DNA of 63,401 nucleotides, filler included, from Octopus bimaculoides (GCF_001194135.2; 4 parts of 4 records of this genome joined end to end with filler, not necessarily neighbours in it); one strand, 5' to 3'. Shown: positions 1 through 14,463, counted from the first letter of the whole stretch. Numbers and translations are program-made. Notes: generated by a model from the sequence alone, not told the origin.

Positions 1-165
1 TTTAAGACAAAAACTGAATTCAATTGAATTTCATGGAGAGAAACAAGATAAATAATAGAGGACAGACTAAAGCGCAAAAGGTATGAGATGTTGAGGCCGT
101 AAATAAATAAAAATCTCTATCTTATCTGCATCTTGGAGACTTCGTCGTAGTATGTCAGCGGAGAT

Positions 166-354
166 ATCATCATCATCATCATCATCATCGTTTAACGTCC
201 GCTTTCCATGCTAGCATGGGTTGGACGATTTGACTGAGGACTGGTGAAACCGGATGGCAACACCAGGCTCCAGTCTGATTTGGCAGAGTTTCTACAGCTG
301 GATGCCCTTCCTAACGCCAACCACTCAGAGAGTGTAGTGGGTGCTTTTACGTGT
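166..354 (-). mobile_element. 5'-truncated 3' end of a young RTE-clade LINE, (ATG)n tail
   Basis: (CAT)n then GTTTAACGTCCGCTTTCCATGCTAGCATGGG...; about 5 mismatches in ~175 nt versus 16946-17135, which is linked to RTE RT coding sequence. Confidence 0.8.
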
Positions 355-714
355 CTATATATCTATCAATAGATAGATAGATAGACAGACAGACACATAT
401 CCACAGGTGTAGGAGCATTAGTTAAAAGACTAGTTAAAAGAATGTTAGCTAAAAAATTTATACATAGAAAGAAGGAATATTTGTTAAAATCTTAATAGTT
501 TTTGGTAGTAAAAGGTTGAGTGTGTGTGTGTGCGTAATATATATATATAATACAGTGATTTATTGATATTTGAATAATGTTATAATGTTTTAAAGTCCTA
601 TATTTGAGGAATTATTATTATATAAACCAGCATTAATGGATTATAATCTTTAAAACTTGACATCTGGTTGAAGAAGTTATTTGAGGTAACTATAAAATAT
701 AAAACATTCATGTC

Positions 715-1129
715 ACAAAAATCATTATTGAAACCCACAATGAAATATTGTGCCCACATCTGGAACAGAGCTTCTACTATGCACACTGACATTCTGGACT
801 ATGTCCAGAGAAAGCCTGCTCAGTTGATTGGTATTCTGTCACTAAGACATATTTCAGCCCTTGGTCCCCACATGTGCTATCTTTGCCTTTTAGTCTTTTC
901 TGTCACTACTATAATGTTCTCTGTTCCTTATAGCTGGCTGGTCTCATATTTCCACCTTTCAGGAACCCCGACCCATACATCTTCCAACCTTTTGTCACAC
1001 TTACTGTTCCTTCACTCCTTTTTCTCAGCACTAATCATTATGCCAAATCCTTCTTTCCCCGCAACATAATCTCTCTCTAGAATCACTTCCTTGCCCACAT
1101 CTTCTCTAAAGGCATTGATCTGCAACATT
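715..1129 (+). pseudogene. Decayed C-terminal RT/thumb fragment of a CR1-group LINE
   Basis: LKPTMKYCAHIWNRA...ILDYVQRKPAQLIG, frameshifted SLFCHYYNVLCS, then L*NHFLAHIFSKGIDLQHF resemble CR1/L2-group RP.MEYC.HIW / SLFYRY / LWNSLP...DLQ.FK motifs. Confidence 0.65.
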
Positions 1130-1133
1130 TTAA

Positions 1134-1325
1134 CCCTTTAACACTTAAACCAGCCATATCCGGCCCAAATATTCCGTCTACTCTATGTTCTGGTCTCTCA
1201 CACCTAAAAATAAACAATCACATTTTTGAAATCTCAAAGTTACAAGGTCATACATGAAGAATTTCAAAAAATGTAAATAAATAAATAAGCATTACATATG
1301 ACAAAGTAATCTGAATGCTAAAGGG
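1134..1325. mobile_element. piggyBac-like MITE
   Basis: Starts CCCTTTAACACTT, ends AATGCTAAAGGG (imperfect TIRs); TTAA at 1130-1133 and TCAA at 1326-1329; interrupts the LINE fragment. Confidence 0.55.
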
Positions 1326-1526
1326 TCAATTGGAACATTAACAGCAACACTCTCACCACTTTCAGAGACACTGTAAAAAACCATGGACTCTACCCCTTCC
1401 TTCTGACTCTGTAAAAAAAATAAAAGAAAAGAGAAAAACTACAGCACTAAGTAATTGAGGTTGGTTGCTTCAATATCAGCCAAGTAATAACATTCATTGA
1501 ATTGTTCTGGTTGTGTGTTCATGTTA

Positions 1527-2789
1527 TTGGGTTGACAAGGAAGTAATTTCGTTTTTCACAAATAGATAGAGTTAGAATGTTTTTGAATGACTTTTGTCAA
1601 TGTTATGATTTTTTTCTTTTGACATTTGATAGCCGTTACTTTTAGCTTACTTTAGAAGCAAATTGTGCATAATTTTGTTTGCAGCTGTTAGTTCAGTATA
1701 AATTTTAACATGGAATGCACAAACGAACATTTTTGCCATGTTTTGCTTTTTTCATTTCTGTAATGGCAAGAAAGCCGCTGAGGCTCACAAAGAAATATGT
1801 GAAGTTTATGGCGTCGATTGCTTAACAGAATGCACATGTCAGAAATGGATTTAAAAATTCCGTTCTGGTCAACCCACTGAAGTTGATGATGACCAGATCA
1901 AGGCCATAACTGAATTTGATTGTCATATAACTGTGCGAGAGATTGCAGTGAGGTTTAATGTATCACACACAATTGAAAATCACTTAAAATGTCTTGGACT
2001 GGTTAAGAAGCTCAATATTTGGGTTCCACGTAAATTGAAAAGGATTCACTTAACACAATGAATCAAAATTTGTGATATGCATCTCAAACAATGAAATTGA
2101 CCGTTTTTCTTTTTTTTTTTTTTTTTTTTTTTTTTTTGAAACGAATCATCTCTGGTGATGAAAACTGGATTGTCTACAATAGCATCAATCAAAAATGATC
2201 GTGGTCCAAGTGTAATGAACCAGCACAAACCACATCGAAAGCTGAACTGCATCAAAAAAAGGGTCATGCTGTCAATTTGGTGGGATTACTAAAGTATTGT
2301 GTATTTTGAGCTGCTTCCAAGGAACTAAGTGATCAATTCAGGTGTTTAATGTCAACAACTAATGAAACTGAAGGAAGCAATCAAAGAAAAATGGCTAGAA
2401 TTGGCAAATCATAAAGAAATCGTGTTCTACCATGACAACGCTAGACCACACACATCTTTGCTAACTTGTGAAAAATTATTGGAGTTTGGTTGGGAAGTCA
2501 TGTCACATCCACCATATAGCCCTGACCTTGCACCATCAGATTACCATTTATTTCGAAGTTTGCAAAATTCTTTGAATGGTAAAACTTTCAATAATGATGA
2601 TGACCTGAAACTGCACTTGCTTCAGTTTTTGACTAAGGACCAGAAGTTCTATGAACGCAGTATCATGAAGTTGCCAGAAAGATGGCCAAAGGTCATCGAG
2701 CAAAATGGAAAATATATAATTGATTACAGTTCATTCTTTGTACTTTTATTTCACACTAAAAAACCAAAATTACTTTCTTGCCAACCCAA
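1527..2789 (+). mobile_element. Full-length decayed mariner (DD34D) transposon
   Basis: ~30-bp TIRs (TTGGGTTGACAAGGAAGTAATTTCGTTTTT / AAAAACCAAAATTACTTTCTTGCCAACCCAA) with TA at 1525-1526 and 2790-2791. Confidence 0.95.
1710..2727 (+). pseudogene. Mariner transposase pseudogene
   Basis: MECTNEHF..., WVPRKL, ISGDENWIVY, HDNARPH-(34 aa)-YSPDLAPSDYHLF, KVIEQNGKYIID; frameshifts, stops and a poly-T expansion. Confidence 0.93.
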
Positions 2790-4037
2790 TACTTAGTTAT
2801 TACAAGCGCCATGGGTGGCATAGCACTTTAACTGAGGATGGAGCAAAATAATCTACAGCACTGTGTTACGTCCCTTTAGCTTCTGCAATCAAATCCTACA
2901 TGGTTAACTACTTTGCCTTTTATCCTTCACAAGTCAAAAAAAATAAGAACCTATCAAAAGTCAACATTAGATTTTTATGTATTTGATGTTGACTAATATG
3001 CTTTCAATCAATATTTCTTTCGATCAATATGCTTTCAACAAATGTGTTTTCAGTGAATGTATTTTTGATGACTGTGCCAAATCCCATATGTGTGTTTGTG
3101 TGTGTATGTATGTATGTATGTATGTGTGTGTGTGTATAGATATGTGTGTATATATATATATCTAGATGTATGTGTGTGTGTGTGTATGTATATATATATA
3201 TATATATGTTTCTATATGTGTGTGTATTTAAATGTATGTATGTGTTTATCCACACACACACATATAAGTGGATATACACACACATGCATAGAGCTATTTA
3301 TTTATATATATTTTAATATCAGTGTAGCAAACTTTTCAGTATAACAAATTGATTTCAATCCCTAGTCATTATCCTATTGAAGCAACAGTGAAAAATTTTG
3401 TTTATAATGAAATTTATTACAATGAAGAAAAAAAAATGTTTAAAAAAAAAAAAAAAAAAGTAATACTTGAGACAATTGTCCTGTAAAGTCGGAACATACA
3501 GATGATATAGAATTTCAGTTGGGAAACATTGTGATATGTAGAAGTTCACTCAACTTAACCATGAGTGAGACAGTGTATTAACATGCAGTTCTGTCAGGGG
3601 AATGCACTGGGTAAGTGTTGATATTTATTTTTATTCTTTATGGTTGAAAACAGAAATTTCGCAAAACCAAAATAATATAACTCAATTTTCTTAGTTCTTT
3701 GCACATGAGGTAAAAATATACAACAGTCAGATAAGCAAGGAATCAAAATTTATTTGTCAATTTATCGAGCTTTAATATGCCAAACCATAATAATCCTGTC
3801 CTGTGGAATCAGAGATTTTTTTACATTAATTAGATTATATGCATTCTCGTTGTAACTGTCCCTTCTTTTAAATTCAAATTTCAATTCGGAGACTGAGACT
3901 GGAGCTTGATACAGTTCTCTGACCAATTGGATCCTGTCAAACCATTTGTCCCAAGCTAGCCTGGAATACAGATGCTAAATGATGGCAATGATGATAAGTC
4001 AATATGACTATCTTTTTGATAAAACATATGAAATATT

Positions 4038-4256
4038 GGTTTCAAATTTTGACACAAGGCCAGCAAGTTCAGGGGAGTGGGTAAGTCAATTACATCGACC
4101 CCGGTGTTCAACTGGCACTTATTTTATAGACCCCTCCCCAAAAGGATGAAAGGCAAAGTCAACCTCAGTGAAATTTGAACTCAGAATGTAAAGACAGCCG
4201 AAATGCTGCTAAGCATTTTGCCCAGTGTGCTAACAATTCTATCCTCTTGCCATCTT
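4038..4256 (-). mobile_element. tRNA-derived SINE (family B) with 16-bp TSD
   Basis: B-box-like GAGTTCAAAT on minus strand, GCCTTTCATCCTT..AATAAGT central motif; AAACATATGAAATATT (4022-4037) / AAACACATGAAATATT (4257-4272). Confidence 0.8.
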
Positions 4257-4940
4257 AAACACATGAAATATTAACTTCTTTCACCATGCATAAAAACAAT
4301 ACAATACAAAATAATGGAGCACAGTACAAAGAAATGCTTCTCTGTATCTGGTCTTGATTGGAAAATAAAGGGACACACAGACAACAGTTAATAGAGCCCT
4401 ATCAGGTACTTGGTTAATGTAAGATAGAGGGACTTCATATGGCTAAATTGATCAGCTTAATTCTTCATAAACTGTATTATTTTGATTTGTATTGTTTTTC
4501 TTTGTTGAAAGTTAAACTGAATAAGAAATAGGATAGTCACTATTGGAATGTTTTCATTCTTCTAAAATGTAAAAACAATCCTGGAATTCACAAATAAAAA
4601 TGAGATGGCTGTGGTTGAAAAATTTAGGAGAAAAATATTTATTTCCATAAAAATAAGATAGGATGGCCATTGTAATAACAGTTTCCTTCATATTAATATA
4701 TTTTTGTAAAACTATTCTGTTCGTGTTTCATGAACTGTTTATTTGCTGTTGTATAAGGCATGAATAAAATTAGCATTATGATTTGTTTTTAAGCAGTTTC
4801 TTTATAACAAATATTTTCTTTCTGTTGCTTGTCACTCTCATTATAATGGAATTTCAGCACTGCATATATGTGTGTATTTTACGTGCATGCATGCATACAT
4901 ACATACATACATACATACATACATACATACATACATACAT

Positions 4941-5684
4941 GATGGCTGCCCCCTCGTTATCGAGTATGGCCATTGCACGAAGCTTAACTTAATGGTGCTG
5001 TGATTGAATGTGACTTTTTATCGTGCAGTGCCTGTGCAAGAAGATTTTTTTTTAAAGTGAGGAAAAGCTGTGCACTGAGTCAATCCCACTCACTAAGCAA
5101 CAGTAGCCATAACCCGAAAAGAACAATAATTCAACATCATCAGTAACCACTGAGCCGCAGGTTTTATGTCGGAGTTATCCCAGTTGCCTGAGTTGCCTTC
5201 TCCTAGAAGGATGCCCTAACAAGGGCTAGGGGTCCTTCACTCCCAATGGTTTAACCGCGCGATCGGGTATTCAGTCTGATTATTTCTATGTCCCCGCGCA
5301 AAAAACAGCATTAAGCTGGATAAAAAAAAAAAAATAACAGCCTTAAGCTGGGGGTGGGGTTAATATAAAATGTTTTTTTCTCCTATTTTTCTTTTTCTTT
5401 TTCTTTTTTTATTTATATATATAATGAGCAAACTGTAAAAATTTACAATATCTAAAATTAGTGAGAAAAAAGTGGGGATATAGAATAAATAGATAACTAC
5501 ACACATATTGGATGGCCATTGACTCGCAAGAGTTCCACAGCCCTTTGACGGGTTTTGTTTTTCATCCTGCAGGGTGTCCAATAAACACCCTCCTCACCAA
5601 GGAAACTTGGTGGGATTGCCGGTTTAGTCGCCAACTGCCCGGCCATGAAACAGGTTGTACTGAGTTACATGTTACCAGTAGCAC
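4941..5684. repeat. Unclassified retroelement-like segment bracketed by (ACAT)n arrays
   Basis: GC-richer sequence flanked by (ACAT)n at 4894-4940 and 5685-5720; contains GAGTTGCCTTCTCCTAG, which resembles RTE UTR sequence. Confidence 0.35.
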
Positions 5685-6536
5685 ACATACATACATACAT
5701 ACATACATACATACATACATTCTTCCTTCCTTCCTTCCTTCCCTCAAAACAAAAACAAAAACCTTCTGTACAGAATTTATCAAGGAAGAGTTTAGATTAG
5801 AGCAACTTCGGGATTTATATCTGATAGGTTTGGATAGGAAGGGGCAATGGTCAGTCATAGGTATGACAGTGTGGTAGGTGGGAAAGGAACCAAAAATGTA
5901 GTTTAAACTATAAATAGAAGGGATGAACTGAGTTTATAGCACCCAAAGGGAGTAAAGGAGGAAAGGCTGTCTCTGACAGATAGATGTGGAACTCTGGCTA
6001 GATGGAGATGTAGTGAATAATTCTTAAGATCATAAATAAAAAATTGTACTCAGGGATTTAGATTTTGTTAAATATTAGATAAATTTTAAGTTAATGAACC
6101 ATTAAATCAGGAAGAAATTGTTATATTTTTAAGTTAATTTATAAATAATTATTAAACAAGTAGATCAGAGATAATGATTTTAAGTTAATAATTATTAGAC
6201 AATCTAAACAGGAATAATATTTTTGATTAAATGGAGAAATACAGAAAAATTCTTAAGTTAATGAATGAGGAAAGAATTTTCCTCGAGAACTGAAATTTAG
6301 ATAAATTTTAAAGTTAATCAGTAGAAAGAACATTTCAAGTTTAGAAAGTGATAGAGGCAAGGGACAGATAGATAAGAAGATGTAGAAAGATAAATAAGAA
6401 AGTGTGTTTGATTTATTGTTGTCATCATTGTTTTTATTGTTTCAATTCTTTCCTCATTTATGACTTGCATATTAACTTAAATTTTCTTTGATTTAATTAT
6501 TTAATGATTATTAGCTTAAGAATGTTATTATATATT

Positions 6537-6737
6537 GATTTCAAACTTTGGCACAAGGCCAGCAATTTTCGGGGGTGAGGTGGGTAGGTTGATTACATCA
6601 TCCCCAGTGTTCAAGTGGTACTTGTTTTATTGACCCCAAAAGGATGAAAGGCAAAGTTGACTTGAGCAGAATTTGAACTCAGAACATAAAGATGAACAAA
6701 ATGGTGCTAAGCATTTTGCCAGGTGTGCTAATGAATC
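6537..6737 (-). mobile_element. SINE family B copy, CpG-decayed
   Basis: Homologous to 4038-4256. Confidence 0.75.
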
Positions 6738-7246
6738 TGTCTGATTATTCTTTATTCCTTAACTTAAAAATTCAACTTGCAATTTAAATTCTCAAGTACA
6801 AGGCTATAATTTATAACCATAAGAATTCCAATCACTTTGCAGCTATAGTTAGGAATCTGGTTGAAAGTGTAATTAGAAGTCTTCAAATTATCCTCCATTA
6901 GTGCAGTCCCTTAGAATAATGAGGTCTTAGGCAGCTGTGGCATAAGTGAGTAGCCTATATGGAAAACCTCCTACCCACCCAAACTTGAAGATGATCAGGG
7001 GGTAGAAAGTAATATAATTTAACCACTTCATCAGAACTTTCTAACATTTATAAAGTACCACATTCTGACTATGCACAATACAACAAAAACTTTGATGTTC
7101 ACACTTTTAAAGGTAGCTATTCTTGGCTTGACAGTATTGCTTCAGTGTGACACATGACTGAATGCATAGCTATTACTCAAGGAAAGCTTCTTCAATTGTC
7201 ATTAATTTACATGTAGTTTTTAAGTGATCACCATACAGCAGGTAGA

Positions 7247-7385
7247 ACATGGCTGTGTGTTTAAGAAATTTGATTCATAACATATGAGTTCAGGTTTTGA
7301 TGCCACTGTTTGGCAAGTACAATCTGTAATCTCAGGTTGACCAAAACTTTGTGTGAGAAAGTGGTGGAAGCCTATTTAAAGGACT
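7247..7385 (+). mobile_element. Diverged 5' half of SINE family C
   Basis: ATGGCTGTGTGTTTAAGAA... head similar to the 44325-end copy. Confidence 0.5.
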
Positions 7386-10300
7386 ATTACTTGCTGTTCT
7401 TGGGTGCCTTTAATAAAGTTCACTCTATTACATTCCCATCCTGTGACCAGTCAAAAACCTCTGAAAATTATTATGAGCACCACCCTTTCTCCTGTGATTA
7501 AGCCATAAAAAGAAAAAAGCCTTTGCTGCCTCTTTATTATTAGATGGATTATATGCCTTAAACTTGTTGGAATGTTGGCAATGGAAATCAGTACAACTGC
7601 AACTAATTATGTCAGAAGTACTTTGAACTCATCTTGTAGATCGTGTGCAACTAACAAAACTGTGTTTAATTCCTTTTGTTACCACTTCAGGTTGCATGAT
7701 AAAACTCTTTCATTTTGAAATGTTCCTATCTGAATTTATATTAAAATCTTACTAAGACATGTTTATATGAGAAGATTTTGTTGTGTTTCAAACAGCAGCT
7801 AAATAATTAAAAAGTTAATTCTTATACTAATTCCATTGATTATTGTCAAAATTAATTGAAAATCATAATATAGAAATTAGAAATGTAATCATCGAAGAGT
7901 TAAGAAATATTGTGTACTACAGAAACACAGGATAGTTTATATATTTAATACAAATGAATGTTGCATGTTGAATTGGTCAGTACTATGAAATCATATAGAT
8001 ACTAGAGAATATGTGACACAGATGATGGTTTGGGAATAAAAATGAAATGAGTTAAGATTAAAATATTTTAAAATATACTATTGTTCTCAGTAGAAAGATA
8101 TTAAGATGATGATGAGAGTATATATGTGCCTCGCCTTGTTAATTTTTATAACCAGTGCCTTTTACATGATGGGATTGATCCTATTTTCACCTTTGTTCCA
8201 CTATACAAATACTTTATTCTATTAAACGAGACAAGCTGCTGATGAGTAAGTATTCAGACAAGATTACTCATTTAAGTAGTTCTGCTTCTTGCTTTAAAAT
8301 GCCTCTATTATTTAATGCTCATTTTTATCACTGAATTTGAAATTTAATTTTCTCTCTTACTCTAAATTTAATTTCAAACACTTTTTTTTTCCCCAACTAA
8401 GAGACAGCAATTGAGAAGCATATTTATTTCACTGCTTTATCAAGAAACCATTTATTAAGTCATTCAGTTTATATTTCTTCTCTGTTATTTTTTCTAGTGA
8501 TATTTGTAGTTACCAACATTCATAATCATTTTAAAGATTATGAAATTATAATTGTCATTCCAGAAATTTTATTTTATTCAAGGGAATATAATAGCAATAG
8601 AAACTAAATAGCTATGTGACTAGTCCTAAATAGTAGTTTTGGGATTAAGCTATAAAGGCCTTTTCTGTTACTCCTTGCATAGACATGAATTTAACCCAAT
8701 CAGTTAAAAAAAGTGAGGTTATGTAAAACTCTGTAATAATCAAATATATTTCTATTGGTTTTCATCATAAACAACTACAACATCCCTTTTTGAGCTTCAA
8801 AATTTGTAAGTTTGTTTTCATTTTTCATTTTTCCTTTTGTCAATGCATTCTAAAATACAATAAGATTGATAGACTTATTCAACTGTACAGCATGCTTTGT
8901 TAACTTTATAATGTGTATCTCTAACCTGAATATACTTTACATTATTGTTTATTGTTCCAAATAAGGAGAGCTGTATGAATAATTTTTTTTAAGGTCTCTT
9001 TAAACTGAGAAATCACTAAGTTTAACTAGTTTTGTACTTAATTTGAATAGCAAAATTTTACTGATTAGAGAGAGCTGTGTGCCTTTGAATCACCTGAAAA
9101 ATGTCCCAGTTGAAGTATAGCCAATTTATATCCTTTTGTCAATAATGAATTGTAATTTTAGCAAAGAAATATAACTTCCAGTGACTCAATCTGTCTTAAC
9201 AGTAAATATTTTCACATGCTGTGATGACAGAAGATTGTTAGAGGCTCTATTACCATTACCTTTGTGCTGTTTCCTAATAAAATTTGATAAAAAGAAAATC
9301 GTTGGATAAAAATACAGAATAAGGAAATGACTTTTATTTACTGACTGACATGTAGTTATTTAAAAGGGAGAGAAAAATAAATTTCTTTTAATGCAGATAA
9401 AATAATGGTAGATGAAATGCTGAAAAAAATAAATTGTTGTTGTTTAGCCTTACATTGGCTTTGGTTTGTTGGGAGTCAGTAAAACAACTAAGTGGAAACT
9501 ACAAATTATTTTTCTTCAGATATACTATACCACTATTTAGAGTAGGTCAGTGCTGTGCACTTTGATATACAACAATCTGCTTCTATATGATGCCATGTGA
9601 GCCTGGGTATATTGGTTTGTTTGTTTTTCTTTACCTGTAACCTAGTCAATTTTCGGTAAGCAGATAGTCTTTGGTGATGACCACAAATGACAGGTAAAGT
9701 AGATTCTGCCAAAATGTGATAGTAGTTGTTCTCTAGCTTATTGGTTGTATGGAACAAGCTTTCTTTCTTTTTGTTTGTGCATATGTATGCAGCATTGAAT
9801 AAGAGATGGTTAATTCTGGTTGATAAGGTATGTTGGCTTCATCATAGGTCAGTGTTTTGCTTAGTTTCAGCTGTCTTAGCAGAAAAGTAGTTATTGATAA
9901 ACTCTAAGTGAAAAAGATTCTTTAATGTAGGAAACCATTATTATTAATTTCAACATCTGACATGTGGCACACCATGCACCTGTACAGAGAATGTCAATTC
10001 GATGGAGGGAGTAAGCTTATGTACAGCACAAACATTTGATCATCATAAACAAATCATCTTTTCAGGTTGTTTAGTAAGAAGTTGTGTGATTGTCTTTCTC
10101 AGATTCAAAAAACCACTATTAAATTAAATTAAATAGAGGACATCTAGTGGTAAATCTAAAAACCATGTGAAAGGTCTGTTGCATTACAAGCAGCTTCGGT
10201 TGAATAAAGAAGCAAAGTTTGTGTTAGAAAACTAAATTATGTTTCAAATTTTAACCTTACTGAAAGAAAGATAAAAGTTTTAAACTGTAGATACAATTCA

Positions 10301-13012
10301 TCATTTGTCTGTTACCAAAGAAAAGTTTCATTGACTTACCAGTTTATGATTGATAAATTAAGATAATAAAGTGATTGCTGTATTGTTGTAGCCTCTATCT
10401 TAGAATATAGATAATCATTATTTACTAGAATAATAGTGCAACTAATTAACTGCTATGTCATTTGTCTTGAATCATTTTATAGTTGTTTAATTATTTATTT
10501 TTGGGAATTTTTTCCATATTGTTGTTGCATCTAGGTTGCCTGATGAGGAAAAAGGCAAATCTATTTTATGAAATATTGAATTCTCAAGCAAGATTCATAT
10601 TCACTCTTTTTAATGAAACTCAATAAAACTGAGTTTCAGTTATCAATATTAGATTTCAATAGTTACTTCTGACACTTGGTACATTAGATTTTATGCGGAT
10701 TGTTTTTTGTAAAATTTTTGTAATTTTATACTTGACATATAAAATTTCTACCTTGTTTAGTATTGTTTTCTTGCTAGAAGATCCAGATAAGGAGAGTAGA
10801 ATTCTTAATTTTTCAAATTGATTGACTTGTTATAAAATTGTCTATCCAATGTCAATCAGTATGAAAACTAAGTGCAAAAGCATTTACTGCTGGAAGATAA
10901 AGCTAATTTAACTAAAACATAATCCACACATAAAACTCTGTTAGGTTGTGGTTTTTCATTTGCTTACTGAAAGATGCATTAAGTTTTATTGTCATATCTG
11001 TCAAACACTTTTTTTCTTCATTTTTTTTTTTTCATATTAAGTAAAATTTATTTCTGTAATCTTAAGTTTTTGTGTTTGAAAACTAAACTTGGATCATTTG
11101 TAACTGACTTGTTACTATAATACTTATAGATTAAAGGTTGAAAATATTTTTTAACCTGCAAATTTGATTATTACCAATATTTCATATATATATGAAAGTT
11201 AAAATCAGATGTGTGTGTGTGTATGTATATATCTGATTTTTAACTTTTGTCAAATTTGGTGGTTGTGAGGTAAAACTAAAATATATAATTGTGATAAATT
11301 AGCTTTCTATCAATAAGAATTATTCAGATGCAGTTTTTTTTTGTTTTTTTTTTTTGTCATACTAGCTAATATTGAAGTAATATCTTGTTTGTATAGCTAG
11401 TTATTCAATTATATGTTGTTGACAACTAATGACAAAGGCTAACACACAAGTCTTTTCTTATTATTCTATCATTGCTTGCTACTTGATAGCTGCAGCAGTA
11501 GCGTTAGCTTATGCAGTAGCCTCATGACAATTTTCTACAGCCCTAGTAGTAGGAGTGATAATAGCAGCAGCAATAACTACAATTGATGGAGTGTTATTAG
11601 TGGTTTATGATAGAAGACTAATAAAAGTCATTATCACAATAAAACTTTTAGATAATCATCTATTGTATTCAGAAGCATGCTACATTGATGTTTAAAAAAA
11701 ATAAAATAATTTTTCATTCAATGATAAGGCATGATGTAGTTCATTTAGGTCGGCTCCTTTTTTTCCCCTCTTTTGTATTCCACGCTGAAGCTTCATTCAT
11801 TTACATTTTTCTTTCTATTCCACTTCATAATAACATTCTCTTCTACTGTAAATGTGTATATATTCTTTAATATGTCAGTTGTCACTGCAATTTTTAAATA
11901 TTCAAATGATATATATATTTAGATTTACTTTACACCTTAGAAAATCTTATTAAACGTGATTATGTTATCTCACTTAAGTATGAATGATTGATTGCTAATG
12001 CTTGCTTCGCTTTTCTGGTGACTTCCCAGCATTCCGTGTTATTGGCTCATTAGTAAACAGATGCAAAGAATACATTGAGGATAGCAGTTCTCCTACTGAT
12101 AGGGAATGCAGTTTTATTTTCATTTCTGTTCTTTACATCAGGAATAACACATCTAATATGGATTTGTGAAAGAAGTTAGAAATATCAACTTTTACTGAAA
12201 GCTCTAATCATGGACTTATTACTTACTGAACATTCTCCATCATCTGTCAATAACAAACATTATTGTTGTTTTCTCCATCCTTCTTTTTTGATGCAGTATT
12301 TTGGATGTCCACCATACTTTCTCTCTCATTCCACTCTGTACTTCAGTGCTCACTTGCAGCAAATTCTTTGATTTAGAAGCAACGCTCTATAATGAAATTT
12401 GAAAGCCTAGGATACAACTGAATTCTATCTAAATTATAAATTATTATTTCTAAAAACAAAACATTCCAGAAATATAAATATTTAGATTATTTTCTTATTT
12501 TGTCGCTAATATTCCACAACATTTAACATTATCAACTTTTGATTAAAAAAAAATATATTATTTTCAAGACAATTTCTTTGAAGAGGAAAATTTATTCACT
12601 TACTACTTCAGCACATCTTTTATTATATATAAACACAAAGCATCAATTAAAAATAAAATGACATACTGTCAGATTCTGTAAGTGTAAGCTTCATGTCTTT
12701 ATTCTCACTACACCTCTTCATAGAATAACAGATTGATTTTTATTTGTCAAAGAATTATTACATCCTTCCTTCCTGAAAAATCTGGCATTGACCCACATGC
12801 TAAATGTCACTTGGGTTTAGGATGTCACAAGGATTATACTTTGAAATTCATATCATTTATTCTGCTCTAGTCAGGCAGTTAAGCCTGATTCCTTAAGCTG
12901 TGTTCACAGTGATAATTACACCAATTCAGGTAAAGCTATCCTTTTGTTCTCTGCTGATTCTGCTATTATATTCTTTGGTGGTGACTGTTGATTATTTAAA
13001 AAGAAGCGTGGC

Positions 13013-13057
<45 letters not shown>

Positions 13058-14427
13058 TATGTGTGTGCGCATGAATTTGTAGCAATATATTGTTCATATA
13101 TAACAACAGATGTGTATTTTTCTGCAACTAATTTTCACAGGTTTAAAAGTTTTTAACGAAATGAAGAAATTAAAACAGTTGGGCATTTCTAATTTATAAA
13201 AATAATTTGTTGGACTAAAGTGTAATTTCCCTTCTGTTGTTAAATTTCAAAGAAAATAAAGTTTCTTTTCATTTATAACTAGCAATTCATGACAGTTTAA
13301 ATTATTCTTTTTATTAGTCATTATATCAAGTTATTTTATTTATTTAGTTTCATAAGCCCCTTGCAAAATATTTGCCTGATTTTATATTTATTACATTTTT
13401 CTGCTGTACAGTTCTATTGCGAATTAGACTATGATATGTGTCGTAATGTACACATGCATTTTGACACAACAGTCTTCTTCGAAATTTGTTGCCCATGTAG
13501 TCGAGTAGTATTTCCTTCAGATAAGTTAGCATATTAGATTTTTTTAACGTTATTTATGATAAAACTTTAACCCATCTTCTATTCATTTTTTTTATAATAT
13601 TAATTTCCTTTATTAGATTTTCGCTTGAAAATCCTTTGGACATTTGATCATGAATGACATATCAGGAATTGATCTTAGAATAGTGTTATGATTTCTCACA
13701 TCACTACATTAATTGTTACTGAAATCTTCACACACGTTGTATTCTTTGGCTAGTCTGGCTTCTTAACAAGAATCTTGCAAATGTTACAAAGCTTATTTAT
13801 GCATGTTTAAATTATCTACAAGACAACCATTTCATCACTTGGTGCTTGATTTTTATCAAAATGTATAATAATTATTATTTACAAAAAGATAACTTAGATA
13901 TCTTTTAGATAATCTTAATTTGCAAAAACTTACAGAATCATATTTTTACATGAATTAATTTCATGTAAAATAATTGGTAAATTATATAGTTTGGTTAGAA
14001 ATTCAAACATTCAGAAAATGAAGTTTAGTTAGATTTATAAATTTAGATGCTTTTTGTTACCTACAGACAAAAATCACTGCTTCTTATATTAACTTTGATG
14101 CACTTTTTATTTGAATATAAGAATGCATACAAATGTTAGAATAAACTATTTTATTTCCACCCTAGTTAGCTTCTGAATTCTATATAACATCAACTCACAT
14201 TTATAAGTAATATAGATCTATAGTATGGTTTTATGCAGGTATTTGACTGCAGACAAATGATCCTCATTTATGGATGTGAAAATCAGAGCTAATCCACTGC
14301 GGATTGCAAGTATCCATCTGGATACCTACATTAACCTATAGTATGTATTTAATTATACAATTATGTACAACACACACAGACGTATTTATTTGTATAACAG
14401 CCTCTGTGTGTGTACATGTGTGTGTGA

Positions 14428-14463
<36 letters not shown>

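Noticed and set aside
10538-10590. CTGATGA...GAAA hammerhead-like words
   Set aside because: Stems I-III do not pair in hammerhead geometry.
9520-14310. Scattered splice-like sites and short open stretches (e.g. 9640-9710, 10340-10400, 12030-12170, 13412-13530)
   Set aside because: No consistent reading frame or recognisable protein; expected by chance in AT-rich DNA.
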